Notes: generated from the sequence alone by a model not told the origin. 32,000 nucleotides of DNA from an uncultured delta proteobacterium (GCA_963835605.1 CAWIHO010000045.1:12713-44712), one strand, 5' to 3'; positions 18,287-28,955 are shown, counted from the first letter of the stretch. Made by a program: numbers and translations.

Positions 18287-19108
18287 ATGATTCGCACACA
18301 GGGGCTCACAGTTTCCTATTCCGGCGTCAACGCCCTTTATCCAATGTCAATCGTTTTCAGGGAGCAGGAATTCACCGTGCTCTTAGGTCCTTCAGGAGCG
18401 GGCAAGTCAACACTCCTTCGCAGCCTGAACCTGCTTATCCGGCCTTCGTCAGGATCGATAATGGTTAACGGTGTGGGTGTGGTCAGCGGCGGGAAAGCGT
18501 TGCGCGACCACCGCCGCTGCACCGCAATGATCTTCCAACAGCATCAACTCCTTGATCGTCAGACTGCCCTGCACAACGTCCTCATCGGCCGGCTCGGTTA
18601 TCACTCCACGCTGCGGAGCATCTTTCCTCTTTCCCGCGAGGAACAGATCATCGGTCTCCAGAGCTTGGAGCGTGTGGGTCTTTTGCAGAAGGCGATGGAG
18701 AGGGTCGACCGCTTAAGCGGCGGCGAACGCCAGCGGGTAGGCATCGCGCGCTGCCTGGCCCAAAAACCGCGTATTATTCTCGCGGACGAGCCCGTAGCAA
18801 GCCTTGATCCGGCCACGGCTGAAAAGGTAATGTCGCTTCTCGGCGGGATATGCAGAGAAGACGGTATCACCGCCATCGTAAGCCTGCACCAGGTCTCCAT
18901 CGCCAAACGGTTCGCCGATCGGGTGCTCGGTCTCACTCATGGAAGGATTGTATTCGATGGCACCGCCGATGAGCTGACCGATGGTGCACTTAACCTGATC
19001 TATAACGGCAGTGAAGTTCGAGTAAGGAGAGAATCGAAGGAAGTTGCCCTGGTCTCAGGAGACAGTGTGACCGGGCTGGAGAGCCGGCCGGTCCGGCTCT
19101 ATCAATAA
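18287..19108 (+). CDS. ptxA: Phosphite/phosphonate ABC transporter ATPase (PtxA/PhnC-like)
   Basis: Walker A GPSGAGKST, signature LSGGERQRVGIARCLAQ, Walker B IILADEPVASLDP; PhnC-like FQQHQLLDRQTALHNVLIGRLG. Confidence 0.88.
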   Translation: MIRTQGLTVSYSGVNALYPMSIVFREQEFTVLLGPSGAGKSTLLRSLNLLIRPSSGSIMVNGVGVVSGGKALRDHRRCTAMIFQQHQLLDRQTALHNVLIGRLGYHSTLRSIFPLSREEQIIGLQSLERVGLLQKAMERVDRLSGGERQRVGIARCLAQKPRIILADEPVASLDPATAEKVMSLLGGICREDGITAIVSLHQVSIAKRFADRVLGLTHGRIVFDGTADELTDGALNLIYNGSEVRVRRESKEVALVSGDSVTGLESRPVRLYQ

Positions 19109-19990
<882 letters not shown>

Positions 19991-19993
19991 CCA

Positions 19994-20794
19994 ATGGCAA
20001 AGATTCAGTACCTTGACGTTCTTGAACTGAAGAGGCGGCGCACTCGAAAGACCATGATACAGGCCTGCTTCGCGCTGCTTCTCGCCGGCGGCTGCCTTTT
20101 TTATGTGGGCTTCTTCGACACGCAGCGCCTGGCTGAAGGGATTCCGGCGATTCTCTCATTGATCACCGAGAGCCTGCCGCCTGATTTCACGGACAGCTTG
20201 AAATGGCTGAAACCTCTGGCCGACACTTTGGCAATGAGCGTCGCGGGCACCTGCCTCGCGGTCGCGCTCTCGCTGCCCCTCGCGCTTCTTGGCTCGGGCG
20301 CCACCTCTCCTCACCCCGCCATCTACCATGTGACACGACTGGTTCTGAATGCGCTCAGATCGGTGCCTGAACTAATCATGGGTATCCTTTTCGTGGCTGC
20401 CGTCGGCTTTGGCGTGCTGCCGGGCGTGCTTGCTCTGGGTCTCCACTCCGTCGGCATGGTCGGCAAGTTCTTTTCCGAAGCCATCGAGCACGTGGACAAC
20501 GAGCCGGTGGAGGCAGTCCGTTCATCGGGTGCCAGTCACCTGCAGGTGATCCTGCACGGTATTCTCCCGCAGGTGCTGCCGCAGATGGCGGATGTGGCTA
20601 TCTACCGGTGGGAGTACAACTTCAGGGCCTCGACCGTGATGGGCATGGTGGGGGCAGGCGGCATCGGTTTCGAGTTGATGGGATCGCTCCGTCTGATGCA
20701 ATACCGCGAAGTGTCGGCCCTCCTTCTTGTGATCCTTGCAATGGTCACCATTGTCGATACCCTTGGCTCCTATCTGAGGAACAGGTTCAAATGA
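19994..20794 (+). CDS. ptxC: Phosphite/phosphonate ABC transporter permease (PtxC/PhnE-like)
   Basis: 266 aa; LADTLAMSVAGTCLAVALSLPLALLG, LNALRSVPELIMGILF, EAIEHVDNEPVEAVRSSGAS. Confidence 0.88.
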   Translation: MAKIQYLDVLELKRRRTRKTMIQACFALLLAGGCLFYVGFFDTQRLAEGIPAILSLITESLPPDFTDSLKWLKPLADTLAMSVAGTCLAVALSLPLALLGSGATSPHPAIYHVTRLVLNALRSVPELIMGILFVAAVGFGVLPGVLALGLHSVGMVGKFFSEAIEHVDNEPVEAVRSSGASHLQVILHGILPQVLPQMADVAIYRWEYNFRASTVMGMVGAGGIGFELMGSLRLMQYREVSALLLVILAMVTIVDTLGSYLRNRFK

Positions 20795-20811
20795 AAACGA
20801 ATGGAGGCGTC

Positions 20812-21843
20812 ATGCGACCGCGCCTGGTCATCACCCATTGGGTTCATCCGGAAGTCGTTGATCTTCTGAGCCGCAGCTTTGATGTGATCCCCAACATAAC
20901 GCGTGAGACCCTGCCCCGCGCAGAGGTCCTGCGGCGAGCGCAGGAGGCCGAGGCCATCATGATCTTCATGCCGGATGTAATCGACCGATCATTAGTTGAG
21001 GCATGTCCCCGTTTGAAAATCATTGCGGGGGCCTTCAAGGGCTATGATAACGTTGACGTTGAGGCATGCACTGAGAATGGCGTATGGTTTACGATCATCC
21101 GTGATCTCCTCACCGTCCCCACAGCCGAGCTGGCTGTCGGTCTCCTGATCGGCCTCACCCGTAACATTGCAACGGGAGACTCTTGTGTCCGTACCGGGAG
21201 ATTTACCGGCTGGCGCCCCGTGCTTTACGGAGGCGGACTTGCCGGCAAGACGGTGGGCATCGTTGGGCTGGGCGCCATAGGCCGCACCATCGCAAAATGT
21301 CTTTCGGGCTTCGATGTCAGCCTGATCTACAGTGATCCCATAGAACCGGCGAAGCCTGTCAGTCCCGGGCTGATGCGTGTCTCCTTCGGCGATCTTCTCG
21401 AACAGAGCGATTATGTTATCCTCTCGCTACCGCTCAGTTCCGCAAGTTTTCATCTGATCAACAGGGAGAGCTTGGCGCGCATGAAAGCCGGCGCTTATCT
21501 TGTGAACGTCGGAAGGGGCTCAGTGGTGGATGAACAGGCGATCGCTGACTTCCTCGAGTCGGGTCACCTTGCCGGTTATGCGGCCGACGTGTTTGAAATG
21601 GAAGATCTTTCTAGGGGTGACCGCCCCCTTGCGATTCCCGAACACCTGCTTCAAACCCACCATAGGACACTCTTTACTCCGCACCTCGGTTCAGCGGTGG
21701 ACGAGGTGAGGCGGGCAATAGCGCTTGAGGCAGCAGCCAATATCTTTGAGGCACTGAATGGAGAAAGACCGAAAGGGGCGATAAACGACCCGCGTACCAC
21801 GTGCGAACCGCCATACGCGCAGTCCGTTACGTACGGACTCTGA
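20812..21843 (+). CDS. ptxD: NAD-dependent phosphite dehydrogenase (PtxD-like)
   Basis: RPRLVITHWVHPEVVDLL, GAFKGYDNVDVEACTENGVWFT, DLLTVPTAELAVGLLIGLTR, TVGIVGLGAIGRTIA, VNVGRGSVVDEQA, GYAADVFEMEDLSRGDRP, TLFTPHLGSAVDEVR match remembered PtxD landmarks. The track ORF from 20608 is an N-terminal over-extension. Confidence 0.85.
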   Translation: MRPRLVITHWVHPEVVDLLSRSFDVIPNITRETLPRAEVLRRAQEAEAIMIFMPDVIDRSLVEACPRLKIIAGAFKGYDNVDVEACTENGVWFTIIRDLLTVPTAELAVGLLIGLTRNIATGDSCVRTGRFTGWRPVLYGGGLAGKTVGIVGLGAIGRTIAKCLSGFDVSLIYSDPIEPAKPVSPGLMRVSFGDLLEQSDYVILSLPLSSASFHLINRESLARMKAGAYLVNVGRGSVVDEQAIADFLESGHLAGYAADVFEMEDLSRGDRPLAIPEHLLQTHHRTLFTPHLGSAVDEVRRAIALEAAANIFEALNGERPKGAINDPRTTCEPPYAQSVTYGL

Positions 21844-22215
21844 GCCAAGACTAACAATGTTCTGCTCAGGCCAGTGCCTCTCTGCCAAGCTACAATGTAG
21901 GCGGACAATTAGGTTTGATTCCTGCCGATAGGTTGAGAGATCAATACTCTTTCCGCAAGAGCGCATTGCCACGGGTAATGTGGCATCGGATTTGGAAAAG
22001 GCAAATGCACCAGTACAGGAAGACATTTTTCTGTTCGAGACATATGTTGAGAGCACCTAATCTTCCCTTCTGACTGGACCTACGCTTTCCAACTATACCG
22101 CTTCAAACAGCGCATACGTAAGATTCAGTGGCTGGCCCGAAGCATCGTCTGTACCGTCCGCCGAGATTATTCACTCCTCATTTCTAGATCGCAAGAATTG
22201 GGACCGTAAGAGAGG

Positions 22216-22728
22216 CTATTTCGTGTCGGAGATCTTCTTTTCGAATGCATCCCAGAAAGCAGAATCGGGCTTGCGCCAATAAGGGCCCCATTCTTCCCCC
22301 AAAACCCCCTCGATCTCTTTCAGGAGCCGCTTCCAGGCAGGGCCGTATTCATACGTCAGGACGTCCTCGAGCAGGGGGACCAAGGTACCGAGTTTGTCCT
22401 TGGGCAGGTATGCCCGTGCTCCCAACTCTATCGACGTCTTGAGGGCTTCGGGCGAGAGGGCGTGGGCGGTGAGCATCACGGCAGGCATCGGATACGGGCG
22501 GGCGGTTGCCTGCTGAAGAAGATCAAAACCTCGGACGCCCATGATATCCAGGATAACGAGATCATAGGTCCATAAGCCAAGGAGCCGGGATGCTTCCTGG
22601 TAGATGGTGGCTGTCTCCACCTTACTCTTCGGGGCAGCCGACAGGATCTCTTGCTTGAGTATCGTGAGAACATCGGGCTCATCGTCTACCGCGAGAATTG
22701 TCTTGTGGTTCAAAACCGATTCTGACAT
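22216..22728 (-). CDS. Stand-alone response-regulator receiver protein
   Basis: ILAVDDEPDVLTILKQEI, YDLVILDIMGVRGFDLL, PAVMLTAH; no output domain, C-terminal PLLEDVLTYEYGPAWKRLLKEIEG. Confidence 0.88.
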   Translation of the reverse strand: MSESVLNHKTILAVDDEPDVLTILKQEILSAAPKSKVETATIYQEASRLLGLWTYDLVILDIMGVRGFDLLQQATARPYPMPAVMLTAHALSPEALKTSIELGARAYLPKDKLGTLVPLLEDVLTYEYGPAWKRLLKEIEGVLGEEWGPYWRKPDSAFWDAFEKKISDTK

Positions 22729-22831
22729 TCGCTCCTCCTTTGCGGCTGAGGGGTAATGGAGAGCCGGGTGCGCTTCTGACAGAGTTCAGTGATGTCGACG
22801 GCGCGCTCGGCAGAAGCCCCGGTCTGCGCCC

Positions 22832-23311
22832 CTAGTACCAAAAGGTGACATCAGCTCTTCCTTTCCACCCAGGATCAAACTGGTCGTCAAAGTAACTCTC
22901 CAATTTCTCCAGGAGTCGCTTCCAGCCCGCCTTATACTCGTGGGTGAGGACGTCCTCTAAGAACGGAATAATCTCTCCCAGCTTATCCTTCGGCAGATAG
23001 GCGCGCGCACCAAGGTCATGGGATTTCTTGAGGGCCTCGGGCGTGAGGTCATGCGCAGTGAGCATAGCTACTCTGAAATTCCTTTTCACGGCCAGGTCGA
23101 GGAGGTCGAATCCACGTACGCCCATGATGTCGAGGATCACGATGTCGTACGTGTTTTCGCTGATCAGCTCGGCCGCTTTCCCGTGGGTGGTGGCCTTGTC
23201 GACCTTGCAGTTCGGGCAGGAATCCTTGATCTCCTCTTCCAGCACGGTTAGTACGTCGGGTTCATCGTCTACGGCCAATATCCTTTTGCCATCTAGAATC
23301 GAAGCGGCCAT
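22832..23311 (-). CDS. Stand-alone response-regulator receiver protein (paralogue)
   Basis: ILAVDDEPDVLTVLEEEI, YDIVILDIMGVRGFDLL, LTAHDLTPEALKKSHDLGARAYLPKDKLGEIIPFLEDVLTHEYKAGWKRLLEKLES. Confidence 0.88.
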   Translation of the reverse strand: MAASILDGKRILAVDDEPDVLTVLEEEIKDSCPNCKVDKATTHGKAAELISENTYDIVILDIMGVRGFDLLDLAVKRNFRVAMLTAHDLTPEALKKSHDLGARAYLPKDKLGEIIPFLEDVLTHEYKAGWKRLLEKLESYFDDQFDPGWKGRADVTFWY

Positions 23312-23672
23312 GCTGTACCTCCTTCTTTATGCTTGACTGTGGGCACTCTCCATCTTTTTCCCATGCGGCGCCAGCCGCTTCCGCGACGGGAACAAGCAAG
23401 ACGTGCATCACTCTTGTGCCGCGTTCCCATTGTAACGCGACGATATTTTTTGTCAAGCACGTTTTTGTATCAGCCTGTACGCATAAGATGTGTTGGATAG
23501 GCTGGATGTAGGAGAACAGAATCGTCCACCGTCAAATATGCGAGGGTCAAATGTTATCCCTTTCCGCATGTAATAACGAATGACTTCTGAGCGAGGGCGA
23601 TTCACCCTTTCAGTCAACTATATTTAATTCCCCCTGCAACAAAAGATGTTTTGTGGCTCAACATTGCAAAGA

Positions 23673-24702
23673 TCACGCGAATGAGTTTATGGGCTGTCGC
23701 GAGAACAGCCTTTTTGTAAATGAGCCCTTCTTCTCTTCTCCTGAAGAAGTAGGCCTGAAGACTTCATTGTTGGTAATGACCCTGGTGGTCATCAGCCAGA
23801 TGACCCTCCGGAGATGGCGATTTCCTCTTTTGCTGATCTTGCTTTCTCCTTCGTATTTGCCTGATTGATAGGTCGAAGGATCGAGCCCTGCAGCAGCGAT
23901 CAGCTTCCGGTCATGTTCGAACGCCTTTATATCTCCTCCCACCTCGATCAAGAAGTTGAATGCGGTCTTGTCGCCGATACCTCGCATGGAGGTGAGGATC
24001 TTTGCGTCTCGCTGTATCTTCTCACCTGAAAGATCCATGGTGAGCTGCATGATCTCTTCGGCCTGCCCCTCAAGCGCAAGAAGCAGGGAGGCTTCCTGTT
24101 TCAGGATCATATCTTTTGCCGGACTCGCAACGCCCACGGATGTGGTTGCGGCATCCATGGGCAGAAGGAAACTCAGTAAGAAGACGAAGCGTTGCTTTGG
24201 TAAAGATACCGGTGATGGTCTCCAGTTCCGGGAAGGTCACGGAGAGAATCCGCTTCATGTCGTTCTTCAGCGACGTCATCTGGTCTACGAGCCTCTCCCT
24301 TCTTCGGGAAAGATCTCTGAGCTCAGTAACGTGAGGGGATGCGGTGTGCGTGGTCACCGCCTTCTTTTGAAGGAGCAAGAACTGCGCTATGGTAAAGGCA
24401 TCTTTCTTATCCGTCTTTGTTTTTCTCAAAGACAATTTTGCGAAGTTTGCGATCAGCAGAGGGTTGATAATAGCAACGCGATAGCCTTTTGCGGTAAGAT
24501 ACGAAAACAGGGCGATATGGTAACTGGCCGTGGATTCCATACCGAGGAGCAGGGATGCCGTGCTCACCGCCGCCAACCTTGTCACGAGCTTGTCAAATCC
24601 CTCTCGGTTCATCGGGAAGGAGAGGGAGAATACCTTCTTCCCTTCATCGCCAATCCCACACGCATCACATTTCTCTTTCGGCACATCGATTCCAACATAC
24701 AT
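23673..24702 (-). pseudogene. IS110-family transposase, frameshifted with probable internal deletion
   Basis: N-terminal half MYVGIDVPKEKCDACG...TDKKDAFTIAQFLL...ELRDLSRRRERLVDQMTSLKN (24070..24702) and C-terminal half LTSMRGIGDKTAFNFLIEVGG...KLIAAAGLDPSTYQSGKYEGESKISKRGNRHLRRVIW (23673..24158) lie in different frames. Confidence 0.87.
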
Positions 24703-25067
24703 ACACCAACCTCCTTAAACGTAGCAGAAAAGCAGGGATTGCCTCCGGCCAATCCTCCTCGGTCACAAGGGCTCTGTGCGGCCCAATCAACTTATCATGG
24801 CTCCAAGAGGCAGGGGACAGACTGAAATAAGGGTTCGGCGACCCAGGAAGCATTATAAGTCCCCCTGCCTTCCTTGGGGCTAATCTTACTGCCTCTCACA
24901 CTTACTTATACAGGAATTAATGGTAGGAGGAAGTTGTGTGCAGGGTATAACTCTCAATATTTTGAAAGCTCTACCCTGAAGAAAATTGCGTGTAACGTCG
25001 ATGAGCAGAGGCCTCGAGCCGATAGTGAAGCAGTTGAATCAATTGTTGCGCTGTGTGAAACAAGGGA

Positions 25068-25499
25068 TCATTCGGTTGTGGGCTCCGGGTCCCTCGCCGC
25101 GAGTCTTTTCCGGATTTCCTTCATCGCGCCGCTCTTGTTCTTCCGGATGTCTCTCGCAAGCCCATGCGTGCGTTCCGGGATTTCAAAGTACTTATCACCC
25201 CATAGGATTATCTCAAGCAAAGCAGGCATCAAATCGATCCCCTTAGGGGTCAGTCGGTAGAGATTCTTTACCTTGTTTCCAGGAAAGGCCCTTTTTTCGA
25301 CGATCCCGTTCCTTTCCAGAATCAGGAGGCGATCGGCAAGAATATTGGTCGCGATCTTTTCTTCGGACTGCAAGAACTCACCGTAGGTCTTCTTTCCTTT
25401 GAACATCAGGTCCCTTATGATCAGCAACGTCCACTTGTCACCCAGAATATCGAGAGTGGAGCTGATAGGGCACATCGATCGCCTGGTGGTTTTCTTCAT
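25068..25499 (-). CDS. HxlR-family winged-helix transcriptional regulator
   Basis: MCPISSTLDILGDKWTLLIIRDLMFKGKKTYGEF...NILADRLLILERNGIVEKR; start at MKKTTRRS (25499) is likelier than 25535. Confidence 0.87.
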   Translation of the reverse strand: MKKTTRRSMCPISSTLDILGDKWTLLIIRDLMFKGKKTYGEFLQSEEKIATNILADRLLILERNGIVEKRAFPGNKVKNLYRLTPKGIDLMPALLEIILWGDKYFEIPERTHGLARDIRKNKSGAMKEIRKRLAARDPEPTTE

Positions 25500-25582
25500 G
25501 TTAATAAGGTTATACAAATTACTTGCAAAAAGCAAGCTTATGGTCTATACTACTTGCAATTCGAAAGTAACATGGAGGAGTT

Positions 25583-26626
25583 ATGAACAGTGAGGACAGA
25601 ATACGGGAAAAAGCTCTGCAGCTCGGATACGAAGATTGCGGCATCATAAGAGTCGGCGCGCTGGCCGGTTATCGGGATAAGCTGGAGGAGCGCATCTCGC
25701 GGATTCCCATGGGAGAAAAGATCTATGGAAGGTTCAGGACCTACGCTGATCCCTCGGCGGCCAATCCCGCGATAAAATCCATCGTCGTCGCCATTGTCCC
25801 CAGTTACGGGTACAACGTGCCCGGCGAATTCGACGGTGTCTACGGCAAAGCCTATATGTTCGACAGTCGGACGGACGAGGACGCCCCATTTTTCGGTATA
25901 CGCAATGAGTTTGCCACGTTTCTTGAGAGTCTCGGTCTCAACTGCACGTTGGGCGACGGTCATGGAATCCCGGCGCCTGCACGCTGGGCAGCGTACCAGG
26001 CGGGGCTCGGAACCATCCGCCGAAATAACTTCTTCTACACAGAAAAAGGATCGCATAATCGCATAGAAATGCTCGCGGTAGACGGAGAGCTCGAACTCAT
26101 TCGCGACGTAAAGCTCAAAGATTGTCCTGAAAATTGCGGCAAATGCATCGAAGCCTGCCCGACCCATACTCTGTGCGCGCCGTATACCATGTCGATGATC
26201 GGGTGCATCAGCTTTCAGACCAACCTGTCGACCAATATGGGCATGGGCGTCCCCTCCCCCGAGATGACCGAACAGATCGGCGGAAGGCTCTACGGCTGCG
26301 ATGCATGCCAGGACGCATGCCCCTACAACAAAGGTAGATGGACAGGCGGCGAGGAGTTTCCGGGGCTCGACGCGCTCGTACCCTTGATGCGTCCGGAAAA
26401 CATCATGAAGGCAAACTACGACGAGATCGGGAGGACCTTGGGTCGCAAATACTGGTACATAAGGCCGGAAAATCTCTGGAAGTGGAAACTGAATGCGCTG
26501 ACCGTGATGGTGAACGGTTATCGCGAAAAATATGCAGCACCGATAAAGCTCGGGCTTGAAGACACCAACGAAAACGTGCGCAACTTCGCGCGCGGCGTCT
26601 GCTCGAGGCTCGGGATAGAGCACTGA
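25583..26626 (+). CDS. QueG-like 4Fe-4S double-cluster protein (epoxyqueuosine reductase-related)
   Basis: CPENCGKCIEACPTHTL and YGCDACQDACPYNKG, upstream GIPAPARWAAYQAGLGTIRRNNFFYTEKG. Confidence 0.82.
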   Translation: MNSEDRIREKALQLGYEDCGIIRVGALAGYRDKLEERISRIPMGEKIYGRFRTYADPSAANPAIKSIVVAIVPSYGYNVPGEFDGVYGKAYMFDSRTDEDAPFFGIRNEFATFLESLGLNCTLGDGHGIPAPARWAAYQAGLGTIRRNNFFYTEKGSHNRIEMLAVDGELELIRDVKLKDCPENCGKCIEACPTHTLCAPYTMSMIGCISFQTNLSTNMGMGVPSPEMTEQIGGRLYGCDACQDACPYNKGRWTGGEEFPGLDALVPLMRPENIMKANYDEIGRTLGRKYWYIRPENLWKWKLNALTVMVNGYREKYAAPIKLGLEDTNENVRNFARGVCSRLGIEH

Positions 26627-27002
26627 GGCCGCGGCCATTTGTGGCTGCCTGCGAAAACGGTCCGAGAAGGCAAGGTCCCAAAGAGGCCCTTGGGGCAGGG
26701 GGCCATTCGCACCTCTCCTGACACTTACCACGCGTAAGTATTACCTGCTTAACATGAATGTCGGTACGCCATTGCAGGAAGTATCAAATGAGACTGCGTG
26801 GTTTATCGAGAACACCTACGAGTCAAGCATACGACCCTTTGACTTTGATCGTGAATTGCCGACAGAAAGCGTGGACCATGCTTCGCCCCAAGCCTCTGCT
26901 TTTCGTCATCGATCAGATCGGAACACGAAAAAGAATCTCGATCAACAACTATTGCTTAAAGGGCGCAACCGCCGCAGGCAAACATCGGCCTTCAACGATT
27001 CC

Positions 27003-27569
27003 TTAGGCATGCATTTCGTCATCGGCTTCAACACGGAACACCAACATACGGTAACTGCGCTCGTCATGAGCAAAGCGTCCAACCTCACTCATTCCCAGGC
27101 TCTTTGCATGCGCTTTCAATGAACGGGGATTGTCTTCATCTACGAAAGCCGAGCCCAAATCATACTTCCCGGTTACCTCACGTTTGATACCTTGGTAGAG
27201 TTCACGGAGCAAGCCTCGCCCTCGATAGGCCAGACCAAGACATGCTGGGCCATAAAGAAATATCTTATAGTCAGCGAGCGGGCGCCCTTGAAAACCAATG
27301 CGGTCAAACTCCGCGATCATGTTCTTTACAATCGAAGGTTGGTCGTCTGAGTTAAGCCGGGATGCGCACGCAAAACCGACAACACGATCATTATCCCTGG
27401 CTACGATGATACCAAGGTCACTCGCTATATCGGCTATTTGCTGCAAGGTATACTTTGCGGAGATGAAGCCCTGTTGCCGATCAGTTGGAGATAGATTCTG
27501 CTCATAGTTGGCCGCTGCCAATTCGCAGATTCCGGGATAGTCATCTGGGATGGCTCTTCTAATCTCCAT
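27003..27569 (-). CDS. GNAT-family N-acetyltransferase
   Basis: MEIRRAIPDDYPGICELAAANYEQN...GLAYRGRGLLRELYQGIKREV...SLKAHAKSLGMSEVGRF. Confidence 0.8.
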   Translation of the reverse strand: MEIRRAIPDDYPGICELAAANYEQNLSPTDRQQGFISAKYTLQQIADIASDLGIIVARDNDRVVGFACASRLNSDDQPSIVKNMIAEFDRIGFQGRPLADYKIFLYGPACLGLAYRGRGLLRELYQGIKREVTGKYDLGSAFVDEDNPRSLKAHAKSLGMSEVGRFAHDERSYRMLVFRVEADDEMHA

Positions 27570-28207
27570 ATCCGTACGCCCTTTATTGATGCCTGAGACG
27601 CTTTATGCCGTAATCTCATCGACAGGCAAAATCTACTTTCCCTGTCGAACAGTAAGGACCGAAATCCTCTTCTCCTCCGGCCTCTCTATATGGAACCCGC
27701 TTTTCCCAACAGAAAACCGGATTTCTTCAGGTTATAGTTCCGCCTACACCACCGTCCTGTCTCTTTTTCTTATACTTTTTTAAATACGTTTACAAGTTTA
27801 AAAGACGCGATAAAGAGGGTGTCAGCGAGTGGTAAGAGGAATGCCATATTAGTCCCGGAGTCGTCGGATTAGGCAAGCATGGTTCAACCTGATACAATGG
27901 CGTCATAAGTGTAACAATGTGAGTTAATGTAATACAATAGTTGCGTTAATGTAATACAGAATAATAGTGACTCTATTTTAAATTTACAAATTGGGCGAAC
28001 CAGTGATTTTTCGGAGAGCGCCTGTGACACACTTGGATAAGTTTGAAAGCAGGACATACGCGTCCCTCGCGAGACAACATTTTGCTTTTGGCCATCTCGG
28101 AACTCATCCCCCTGACTTATCCAAGAAAAGACTTACATTATCTCCAAGAGAACAGTTTTCTGCACGCGCAAGTTTGTGCCGCAGTTTGCCGGCAGGGGAG
28201 GTAACTA

Positions 28208-28519
28208 ATGAGCAGAGAAGAACACGAACATGCGATGCCCGACGAGGAGCTTCTCCAGAAGCTGAGCGACGAGTACCAGGAAGCTCTTCTGGCGGATGAC
28301 AAGATGAGGATCGAGAATAATATAGCCCCTCGGTTCTGGCAGAGGTTTGGCCGCTATTACCACGCGTACTCAGTGGAATGGAAGGACCCTCACCCCACGA
28401 CGCCCGTAACCCGCCACTTGAGCGAATCAGCGCTCGGCGAGGTGGAAATGGAATGGATGGACCAGGTGCTGCGGGGCGAGATCGAACTGGGGGATGAGAC
28501 AGACGAGGAAGGCTGGTAG
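28208..28519 (+). CDS. Hypothetical acidic protein (103 aa)
   Basis: MSREEHEHAMPDEELLQKLSDEYQEALLADDKMRIENNIAPRFWQRFG...; RBS-like GGGGAGG upstream; no family recognised. Confidence 0.6.
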   Translation: MSREEHEHAMPDEELLQKLSDEYQEALLADDKMRIENNIAPRFWQRFGRYYHAYSVEWKDPHPTTPVTRHLSESALGEVEMEWMDQVLRGEIELGDETDEEGW

Positions 28520-28525
28520 GGCTCT

Positions 28526-28954
28526 TTAAATGCTGTAGGTTTCCGGGCCTAGCGTGTGCACCCAGTTCGCCTTGAGGATCTCTTCTGCTTCCTTGGTTCT
28601 ATCCACGCCCAGTATCACGATAGCCTGGCCGCTCACCCTGCCCAGATGGGGATAGAGATAATGGACATTAATGCCTGCGTTTCTCAAGGGCTTGAGCACC
28701 GCATTGAGCCCTCCCGGGTGGTCAGGCGTCTCCACCGCCAGCACATCGGTCTCTCTCGTTGAAAAACCGTTGGCCTTAAGAATGTTGAGTGCCTTTACAG
28801 GATCATCCAGGACAAAGCGGACGGTGCTTAAGTCCGACGTGTCCGCAACGGATATCGCGCGGATGTTAACTCCTTCCCTGCCGAGTATCTCGCTCACATG
28901 AGATAGCGCACCGGGCACGTTGTCGAGGATAACCGAAATCTGTTTAATGACCAT
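28526..28954 (-). CDS. ACT-domain protein (tandem ACT)
   Basis: ISVILDNVPGALSHVSEILGREGVNIRAISVADTSDLSTVRFVLDDP...ETPDHPGGLNAVLKPLRNAGINVHYLYP. Confidence 0.88.
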   Translation of the reverse strand: MVIKQISVILDNVPGALSHVSEILGREGVNIRAISVADTSDLSTVRFVLDDPVKALNILKANGFSTRETDVLAVETPDHPGGLNAVLKPLRNAGINVHYLYPHLGRVSGQAIVILGVDRTKEAEEILKANWVHTLGPETYSI

Positions 28955-28955
28955 C

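Noticed and set aside
20608-20811. N-terminal 68 residues of the 411-aa ORF upstream of PtxD
   Set aside because: Alternative frame over the permease gene. Homology to PtxD starts at MRPRLVITH (20812).
23956-24825. 289-aa plus-strand ORF
   Set aside because: Antisense shadow over the IS110 transposase remnant.
25550-26731. 393-aa minus-strand ORF
   Set aside because: Antisense to the QueG-like gene, which has clear Cys motifs. The shadow ORF shows no domain.
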